40,000 bases of DNA. It comes from Clostridia bacterium. Its GTDB lineage: Bacteria > Bacillota > Clostridia > Oscillospirales > Butyricicoccaceae. The position numbers and the translations under genes are program-made. The DNA lies in assembly GCA_017394205.1 (NCBI GenBank), contig JAFOPS010000051.1, positions 1-40,000 on the forward strand. Direction: 5' to 3'. The notes beneath the pieces are model-generated. The model was given only the letters and a program-made list of their open reading frames with translations. It did no database searches and was not told the origin of the DNA. Below, piece after piece: positions 33,443-40,000 of this stretch; within the stretch, counting starts at the first letter, position 1, and each line of letters opens with the position of its first letter.

Positions 33443-34149
33443 GAGGGCGGCTGGACCGGGTGATCGCGGCCTGCTGTCTGCTCTCCCGCTCGGAGGCCCA
33501 GACGGCCCTGAAGGCGGGACGGGTGACGGTGGACGGCGTTTTGCTGCGGGACGGGAGCGTCAAAACCGACACCGAAGCGCAGACCGTTTTGCTGGACGGC
33601 AGACGGGTGGAGGGCGACGGCTTCGTCTATCTGATGCTGTACAAGCCGGCGGGCGTCCTTTCGGCCACTGAGGACAAAAAGGGAGAGACCACGGCGCTGG
33701 ATCTTTTGCCGGACTGCTACCGGCGGATCGGGCCGGGCGTGGTGGGCCGTCTGGACAAGGACGCCGAGGGGCTTCTGCTGCTCACCGACAACGGCGACCT
33801 GAACCATCGCCTGACCTCGCCGCGGCATCATGCGGACAAGACCTATCTGGCAACGCTGGACCGCCCCGCGGACGCGAGCGATGAGGCGGCCTTTGCCGCG
33901 CCCATGGACCTGGGAGATTTTGTCACGCAGCCGGGCGAGCTTCGGCGGCTGGAGGGCGGACTGCAGTGCCTTGTCACCGTCCACGAGGGGAAGTTTCATC
34001 AAATCAAGCGGATGTTCGCCGCACGGGGCAAGACAGTGATCGCGCTGAAGCGGCTGTCCATCGGGCCGCTGCGCCTGGATGAAGGGCTGGCCCCCGGCGA
34101 ATGGCGGCCGCTGACGGAGAGCGAGAGAACGGAAATTTTGAAAAAGTAA
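33439..34149 (+). CDS. RsuA/RluB-family pseudouridine synthase with an S4 domain
   Basis: Start at ATG 33439, overlapping the mrnC stop (ATGA). S4 segment: RLDRVIAA...SRSEAQTALKAGRVTVDG. Catalytic motif GRLDKDAEGLLLLTDNGDL, and FHQIKRMF. Confidence 0.85.
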   Translation: MRGRLDRVIAACCLLSRSEAQTALKAGRVTVDGVLLRDGSVKTDTEAQTVLLDGRRVEGDGFVYLMLYKPAGVLSATEDKKGETTALDLLPDCYRRIGPGVVGRLDKDAEGLLLLTDNGDLNHRLTSPRHHADKTYLATLDRPADASDEAAFAAPMDLGDFVTQPGELRRLEGGLQCLVTVHEGKFHQIKRMFAARGKTVIALKRLSIGPLRLDEGLAPGEWRPLTESERTEILKK

Positions 34150-34191
34150 CGATATTACCATAAATAATACTAATTTTTCCGAAAAAAATTG

Positions 34192-34220
34192 TTGAAAAAA
34201 ACAAAACAATGCGTTAAAAT
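34192..34220 (+). promoter_or_regulatory. Promoter of the PucR-family regulator gene
   Basis: TTGAAA (34192-97), 17-nt spacer, TAAAAT (34215-20), in an AT-rich intergenic region. Confidence 0.5.
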
Positions 34221-34271
34221 AAACATAATTGAGGAACGGTTTTTAGGAAATATCAATAAAGGGTGGGAAAT

Positions 34272-35354
34272 ATGGCAGCGCGATTGTTTCAAAGCATCCT
34301 GCTGGAGATCAAGAATAAGATCCCGTTTATTCTGGGCATCGTGGACAATACGGGAAATATCGTCTCCTGCACCGAGCTTCGCTTCATCGGCGAGAACGTA
34401 GAGGCCGCAGAGGCTTTCTTCCGTTCCGGCGCCGACGAGGGTGAGCACGGCGGATATACCTTCCGCAAGCTGGAGGGTTATGAAAACGGCGCGGAATACG
34501 CTGTTTTTGCCGGAGAGAGCGGGCAGAGCGCTTCCATCGCCTGCAACATCACCGCCATCGCCATCAGCAACAGCAAATCGCTCTATGACGAGAAGCACGA
34601 CAAGGCCACCTTTATCAAAAAAATCATTCTGGACAACATCCTGCCCGGCGATATTTACATCAAATCCCGGGAGATGCAGTTTCAGAACGAGGCGCGGCGC
34701 GTGGTCTATCTGGTCCACACCGATCAGAAGCAGGACATTGCCGTGCTGGAGCTGCTGCAGAAGATGTTTCCCGACCGGCAGCGTGATTACGCGCTGACCA
34801 TCAACGAAAACGAAGTGGTGCTGGTCAAGGAAATGAAGACCACCGACGCCAAGGAGCCTGCCAAATACGGCAAGCAGATCGACGCCGGCGTTTCCGAGCT
34901 GGGCATCGCCCACGTGGTGGGCATCGGCTCGCTGGCCGCCCAGCTCAAGGACGTGGCCCGCTCCTTCAAGGAGGCGCAGGTCGCAGTGGAGGTGGGGCGC
35001 GTCTTTGACGAGAACATCACCATGATGAGCTATGAAAACCTGGGCATCGGCCGTCTGATCTATCAGCTCCCCACCACGCTGTGCGAGATGTTTTTGTCCG
35101 AGGTCTTCAAAAAGGGCTCGGTGGAGGCGCTGGACGAAGAGACGCTGTTCACCATTCAGAAATTCTTTGAAAACAACCTGAACGTTTCCGAGACCTCCCG
35201 GAAGCTGTTCGTTCACCGCAACACGCTGGTTTACCGGCTGGAGAAGATCAAAAAGATCACCGGCCTCGACCTGCGTGAGTTTGACAACGCCATCGTCCTC
35301 AAGGTGGCGCTGATGGTCAAACAGTATCTGAAATCCCGCGAGACCGCAAATTGA
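34272..35354 (+). CDS. PucR/CdaR-family transcriptional regulator
   Basis: C-terminal PucR HTH: NLNVSETSRKLFVHRNTLVYRLEKIKKITGLDLREFDNAIVLKVAL. The N-terminal putative sensor domain is of unknown family. Start at ATG 34272. Confidence 0.8.
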   Translation: MAARLFQSILLEIKNKIPFILGIVDNTGNIVSCTELRFIGENVEAAEAFFRSGADEGEHGGYTFRKLEGYENGAEYAVFAGESGQSASIACNITAIAISNSKSLYDEKHDKATFIKKIILDNILPGDIYIKSREMQFQNEARRVVYLVHTDQKQDIAVLELLQKMFPDRQRDYALTINENEVVLVKEMKTTDAKEPAKYGKQIDAGVSELGIAHVVGIGSLAAQLKDVARSFKEAQVAVEVGRVFDENITMMSYENLGIGRLIYQLPTTLCEMFLSEVFKKGSVEALDEETLFTIQKFFENNLNVSETSRKLFVHRNTLVYRLEKIKKITGLDLREFDNAIVLKVALMVKQYLKSRETAN

Positions 35355-35479
35355 ACCGCCGCTTGCGGCGTTGCTTTTGGCACAGGGAAAGCCCTGTGCC
35401 AAAAGTTGTCTATTGCCGCCGCGGGGCCATTGTAACCAGACTGTAAACAAAATGCACGGATCCATAAAAGGAGTAGGAA

Positions 35480-36565
35480 ATGATCAAGCTGCAGGACGTG
35501 TTCAAAACGTATGAAAACGGAACGCGGGCGCTGAAGGGCGTCAGCATGACCATAGAAGACGGGGAGTTCGTCTTTATCGTCGGACCCTCCGGAAGCGGGA
35601 AATCCACCATCATCAAAATGCTCACCGCCGAGATCCGTCCCACCTCGGGGCAGGTCATGGTGAACAATTTTGACGTGGGCACCATCAAGCAGCGGCAGAT
35701 CCCTTATCTGCGCCGCACCGTGGGCGTGGTTTTCCAGGACTTCCGCCTGATCGAGAACAAAACGGTCTATGAAAACGTGGCCTTCGTCATGCGGGCGGTG
35801 GGCGCGCCGCAGAAGACCATCAAAAAGCGCGTTTCCTACGTGCTCAATCTGGTGGGCGTGCTGCACAAGGCGCGGCGCCTGCCCTCGGAGCTTTCCGGCG
35901 GCGAGCAGCAGCGCGTGGCCATCGCCCGGGCGCTGGTGAACAATCCCGAAGCCATCATCGCCGACGAGCCCACCGGCAATCTGGACCCCGCCCGCAGCCT
36001 GGAGCTGATGATGCTGCTGGAAAAGATCAACAGCATGGGCACCACCGTGGTGGTGGTGACCCACGCCCGTGAGATCGTGGACCAGTTTTCCAAGCGGGTC
36101 ATCGCCATCGACGGCGGCATGGTCATCTCGGACAAAACGGGCGGCTATTACGTCCGTCCCGATATCACGAAGCTCACCGAAGAGGCCCGGCAGCAGGCTT
36201 CGGCCTCGGCCCGGCGGCGGAAGGTTTTGGCCGACGAGCTGGGCGTCACCCTGCCCGAGCAGGAGGATGCCGGGACTGCCTCGGACGATTACGCCGAGCC
36301 TGTGGAAGAGCGCGAGCCCGAAGAGGAGCAGAAACATGTGGAGGAGGCCCCCGCCGGGGAAAGCCTTGCGCAGGAAAGCGTTTTGCCTCCTCCGGCGCCC
36401 GAAGCGCCCCCCGAGCCGCCGGACCCTGTCCCGCAGAATGCGCCCGACGAGGAGGCGGCCGCCTTTGACCCCATGGACGATATCTTTGCCGAGCTGGACA
36501 TCCTTCCTCAGCTGATGATGGAATCCGACCGGAAGAAACAGGGGAAGGGGCGTGACGCGGAATGA
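35480..36565 (+). CDS. ftsE: Cell-division ABC ATPase FtsE with a C-terminal acidic/Pro-rich extension of about 135 aa
   Basis: GPSGSGKST, LSGGEQQRVAIARAL, IIADEPTGNLD. The ATPase fold ends near residue 225. The remainder is low-complexity (EEREPEEEQKHVEE...PPPAPEAPPEPPDPVP) and ends in FDPMDDIFAELDILPQLMM. Confidence 0.88.
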   Translation: MIKLQDVFKTYENGTRALKGVSMTIEDGEFVFIVGPSGSGKSTIIKMLTAEIRPTSGQVMVNNFDVGTIKQRQIPYLRRTVGVVFQDFRLIENKTVYENVAFVMRAVGAPQKTIKKRVSYVLNLVGVLHKARRLPSELSGGEQQRVAIARALVNNPEAIIADEPTGNLDPARSLELMMLLEKINSMGTTVVVVTHAREIVDQFSKRVIAIDGGMVISDKTGGYYVRPDITKLTEEARQQASASARRRKVLADELGVTLPEQEDAGTASDDYAEPVEEREPEEEQKHVEEAPAGESLAQESVLPPPAPEAPPEPPDPVPQNAPDEEAAAFDPMDDIFAELDILPQLMMESDRKKQGKGRDAE

Positions 36566-37473
36566 GCAGAGACAAAAAGGCCGGCGACCGCAAGGCCGGA
36601 TTCGGTTATTTTCTGAAAGAGGGCTTTTCCGGGATCTTCGTTCACGGCTTCACCAGCTTTGCCGCGGTGACGGTGATCGCCGCCTGCCTGATGATCACGG
36701 GGATCTTCAGTCTGGTGGCCTACAACATCGACCTGCAGATCCGCAAGCTGGCCGGCGAGAGCGAGATCGTGGTCTATATCGACGACAGCGTGGAGCGGAC
36801 AGAGGCCATCGCGCTGGGCGCGAAGATCCGCGCCATCGACAACATCAAATCCGCCTCTTTCGTTACGAAAGAACAGCTTTTTGAGGACTATCTGGAGTCG
36901 CTGGGCGACGAGGCCTACGTGATGGAGGAGCTGCGGGAGGACAACCCCCTGCGGGACAGCTACCAGATCTTTATGAAGGACCCGGCGCTCCACCGGGAAA
37001 CGGTGGAGGCGCTGGAAAAGATCAGCGGCATCGCCTCCAGCAGCTCGTCCCAGGAGGTGTCCGAGCGGCTGATCCAGATCCGCCGGGTCACCACGGTGAT
37101 CTCTTACACCCTCATCGCCCTGCTGGGCGGCGTCAGCGTTTTTATCATTGCCAATACCGTCAAGCTGGCCATGCTGGCCCGGCGGGAAGAGATCGCCGTG
37201 ATGAAGATGGTGGGCGCCACCAATCACTTCATCCGGGCACCCTTTGTGGTCGAGGGCGTGGTGCTGGGAATGTGCGGCGCACTGCTGGCGTTTTTCGTTC
37301 AGTGGGGCGTCTATCAGAGGATCACCGGCGAGCTGACGAAGGGCACCGCCATTTTGGATATGATCCCCTTTGCCACGGTGTGGAAGCCCGTGCTGCTGCT
37401 GATGCTGTGCGCCGGGCTGGTGCTGGGCGTAGGCGGAAGCGTGCTGACCATCCGGAAATTCCTGAAGGTGTGA
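36562..37473 (+). CDS. ftsX: Cell-division permease FtsX
   Basis: ATGA overlap with ftsE. Topology is TM1, a large extracytoplasmic loop, then three C-terminal TMs. Motif MKMVGATNHFIRAPFVVEG. Confidence 0.85.
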   Translation: MSRDKKAGDRKAGFGYFLKEGFSGIFVHGFTSFAAVTVIAACLMITGIFSLVAYNIDLQIRKLAGESEIVVYIDDSVERTEAIALGAKIRAIDNIKSASFVTKEQLFEDYLESLGDEAYVMEELREDNPLRDSYQIFMKDPALHRETVEALEKISGIASSSSSQEVSERLIQIRRVTTVISYTLIALLGGVSVFIIANTVKLAMLARREEIAVMKMVGATNHFIRAPFVVEGVVLGMCGALLAFFVQWGVYQRITGELTKGTAILDMIPFATVWKPVLLLMLCAGLVLGVGGSVLTIRKFLKV

Positions 37474-37477
37474 TGCT

Positions 37478-38707
37478 ATGAGCCAACAGAAAAAAACAAG
37501 CTATGAAAAGCGGGTTGCCCGCCGGCGGGTGCTGGTGGGGATCATGGCGGCCGTTTTGGCGCTGCTGATGTTCGGCGGCGTGCTGCTTTCGGCGCTCATG
37601 CCCCGCGCCGTCACCAAATCGCAGGTGGACGCGCTGAAAAAGCAGGCCGCGGAGGCCACTGCCCGCAAGGACGAGGCGAAAAAGAAGCTGGCCTCCATCA
37701 ACGCCGACCTGAGCAAGCTGGAGCAGCAGATCGCCCTGCTGGATCAGCAGATCGAGGCGCAGGAGGACGAGATCGCCGCACAGGAGGCTCTTTTGGAGGA
37801 GCTGACCAAGCTCATCGACGAAAAGACCATCGAGCTCGCCGAAAGCGAGGCAGAGCAGGAGCGGCAATACGGCACCATGCGCGAGCGCATCCGCTATATG
37901 GCCGAGCACGGCACCACCAGCTATCTTTCGATCCTGCTTTCCTCCGACAGCTTTTCGGATTTTCTCAACCGCTACGAGATCATCAAGCAGATCTCTCTGC
38001 GGGACGAAAAGCTCTTTGAAAAGCTGAAGGCCATCCGCGACCGGGTGGCGTCGGAAAAGCTGGAGCTGGAAGAAACGAAAAAGGAAGAAGAAGAGACCCG
38101 CGCCGTGATGGAGCAGAACAAGCTGGAGCTGGAGGCACAGCGGGCCGAAAAGATCCGGCAGCAGCAGGCGGCCATGGACGCCAAAAACGCGGCCAACAAG
38201 GCCTATGCCGAAATGATCGAAAAGGAAGAAAAGCTGCTGGCCGAGTATAAAAAGGCGGCTGCAGAGCTGGCGGCCCAGAGCACCTATGTGGGCGGGACCT
38301 TCATGTGGCCCCTGCCCGCGGCCAACAACGTGATCACCTGCCCCTACGGCATGCGGAAGCATCCCATCACCGGCGTCCGCAAGCTGCACACCGGCATCGA
38401 CCTGCGGGCCTCCACGGGCACCAAGGTCTATGCCGCCAACAGCGGCACGGTGACCACCTCCGGCTACAGCTCGGCCTGGGGCAATTATATCATCATCAGC
38501 CACGGCGGCGGGCTTACCACCCTTTACGCACACCTGAGCCGCCGCTCGGTCTCCAAGGGCAATAAGGTCAAGCGGGGCGACATCATCGGCTATACCGGCA
38601 ACACCGGCTACAGCACCGGCCCGCACCTGCACTTCGAGATCGACAAAAACGGGACGCCCTACGATCCCCTCACCGAGTTCAAGGGCTTTTCCGTCACTTA
38701 TTCTTAA
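37478..38707 (+). CDS. Coiled-coil M23 family peptidoglycan DD-metalloendopeptidase (EnvC/PcsB-like FtsEX partner)
   Basis: N-terminal TM, then about 230 aa of heptad-rich coiled coil. C-terminal LytM domain with intact metal ligands: HTGIDL...NTGYSTGPHLHFE. Confidence 0.85.
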   Translation: MSQQKKTSYEKRVARRRVLVGIMAAVLALLMFGGVLLSALMPRAVTKSQVDALKKQAAEATARKDEAKKKLASINADLSKLEQQIALLDQQIEAQEDEIAAQEALLEELTKLIDEKTIELAESEAEQERQYGTMRERIRYMAEHGTTSYLSILLSSDSFSDFLNRYEIIKQISLRDEKLFEKLKAIRDRVASEKLELEETKKEEEETRAVMEQNKLELEAQRAEKIRQQQAAMDAKNAANKAYAEMIEKEEKLLAEYKKAAAELAAQSTYVGGTFMWPLPAANNVITCPYGMRKHPITGVRKLHTGIDLRASTGTKVYAANSGTVTTSGYSSAWGNYIIISHGGGLTTLYAHLSRRSVSKGNKVKRGDIIGYTGNTGYSTGPHLHFEIDKNGTPYDPLTEFKGFSVTYS

Positions 38708-38728
38708 TCCCCGAGGAGTTATGGAGTT

Positions 38729-39967
38729 ATGAAAAAACATACCGTCCGGATCGCCACGGCTCTCATGCTGATGCTTTTGGCCGCGGTGGTCACCTTCGTC
38801 GTCACCTTTACGCTGACGGCAGAGCATTTCGGACAAAAGCTGGATGAGCTGGAGACGCTGAAGCTGCGCTACGGCAAGCTGGAGAAGGTCTCCGAGATCG
38901 TGGAGAAAAACTTTATCGCCGAATACGACGAGCACGAGGCCGTAGAGCGCATGCTGGCCGGCTATATCGACGGGCTGGGCGACCGCTGGTCGGCCTATTA
39001 CACCGCCGAGGAGACAGCCGCCATCGCCGAGGACAACGCCAACGCCTATGTGGGCATCGGCGTGACCTACAGCTCCGCCGAGGAAAACCTGTATGAGGTG
39101 CTTTCCGTTACGGCGGGCGGGCCCGCCGACACGGCCGGGATCCGCGCGGGCGACGTATTTGTCGCCGCCGCGGGGACGCCGGTCTCCGAGCTGGAGGAGC
39201 CCACGGATCTGACCACGCTGGTGCGCGGGGAAAAGGGCACCGACGTGGAGCTGACCCTGTCGCGGGAGGGCGAGGAATATACCGTGGTCGTCACCCGCGA
39301 CGAGATCCGCACCTACAGCGTTTCCGGCGACCTGCTGGAGGGGAACATCGGGTATATCGCCATCCAGGATTTTGATTCCGGCGTGGGCGACGAGTTCCGC
39401 AATATGCTGAACAGCCTGATGGACCAGGGTGCCCGGGCGTTCGTGTTCGACGTGCGGAACGATCCCGGCGGCTATCTGGAGGAAATGCGCAGCTGTCTGG
39501 ACCTGCTGCTGCCCGAGGGCATCGTCATCACCACCGTGGACAAGCAGGGCAACGAAACGCCCTACACCTCTGATGCCGACTGCATCGAGCTCCCCATGAC
39601 CGTTTTGACCAACGAGTATTCCATTTCTGCGGCGGAGTTTTTTGCCGCGGCGCTGCAGGAATATGAGGCGGCCGCCGTGATAGGCGAGCACACCAGCGGC
39701 AAGGGTTATTCCCAGCAGACCTATCAGCTCTCCGACGGCTCCAGCGTCCATATCTCCACCAGCCGCTATTATACCCCAAAGGGCAACAGCCTGGCGGACG
39801 TGGGCGTCACGCCCGATCTTCTTGTGGAGGTGGACGACGAGGAGTTCCGCCTTCTGGCCGAGGGCCGGCTTGCCCGGGAGGACGATTCGCAGCTGCAGGC
39901 GGCGCTGGCATATCTGAACCAGAAGCTGCCTGCGGAAGAGAACGGGGAAGCGTCGTCCGGCGAATAA
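38729..39967 (+). CDS. S41 family C-terminal processing peptidase (Ctp)
   Basis: TM anchor, PDZ domain (GIGVTY...VLSVTAGGPADTAGIRAGDV), and S41 core (FDVRNDPGGYL, NEYSISAAEFFAAAL, GEHTSGKG). Confidence 0.88.
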   Translation: MKKHTVRIATALMLMLLAAVVTFVVTFTLTAEHFGQKLDELETLKLRYGKLEKVSEIVEKNFIAEYDEHEAVERMLAGYIDGLGDRWSAYYTAEETAAIAEDNANAYVGIGVTYSSAEENLYEVLSVTAGGPADTAGIRAGDVFVAAAGTPVSELEEPTDLTTLVRGEKGTDVELTLSREGEEYTVVVTRDEIRTYSVSGDLLEGNIGYIAIQDFDSGVGDEFRNMLNSLMDQGARAFVFDVRNDPGGYLEEMRSCLDLLLPEGIVITTVDKQGNETPYTSDADCIELPMTVLTNEYSISAAEFFAAALQEYEAAAVIGEHTSGKGYSQQTYQLSDGSSVHISTSRYYTPKGNSLADVGVTPDLLVEVDDEEFRLLAEGRLAREDDSQLQAALAYLNQKLPAEENGEASSGE

Positions 39968-40000
39968 AGCGGCGGGCGACGTCATACACTGTCGGGAGGC

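Noticed and set aside
37322-39985. 887-aa ORF on the minus strand
   Set aside because: It is antisense to the M23 and S41 peptidase genes, both of which carry catalytic motifs.

Overview
High-GC (roughly 60-65% by eye) chromosomal segment from a spore-forming Clostridia-type Firmicute. The lineage call rests on gpr-spoIIP divergent from rpsT, [FeFe]-hydrogenase maturases hydE-hydG-hydF, ylxM-ffh-rpsP-khpA, and ftsEX followed by M23 and S41 peptidase genes. I call about 38 protein genes, one tRNA-Arg(CCG), and a set of sigma-A-type promoters and intrinsic terminators. There is no rRNA, no CRISPR array, and no integrase or transposase. Most of the window is housekeeping or transport. I could not recognise a clear multi-gene defence-type system, and every function call comes from motif reading rather than a database search. 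The items that the ordinary annotation does not explain are: (1) a strong promoter, a 50-codon ORF ending ...YSCYYYARRGRIAVR, and a terminator with alternative pairings directly upstream of a COG2984-type ABC importer, which is a candidate tyrosine-sensing leader-peptide attenuator; (2) a promoter-proximal terminator with a competing antiterminator pairing in the hydEGF leader; (3) a tandem G3E/COG0523 GTPase pair, where the first carries a (His-Glu)14 hexanucleotide repeat insert and the second lacks the CxCC motif and carries a different Cys-Cys C-terminal domain; (4) a roughly 1-kb low-GC single-gene island (HD-domain protein with its own promoter and terminator) abutting a 165-bp mosaic palindromic element with 43-bp tandem repeats; (5) a duplicated 36-bp GC-rich hairpin bracketing a 193-bp multi-hairpin spacer; (6) an RHS protein at the window start that ends inside its core domain with no toxin tip. 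Many long ORFs in the six-frame track are antisense shadow ORFs typical of high-GC DNA and were rejected.
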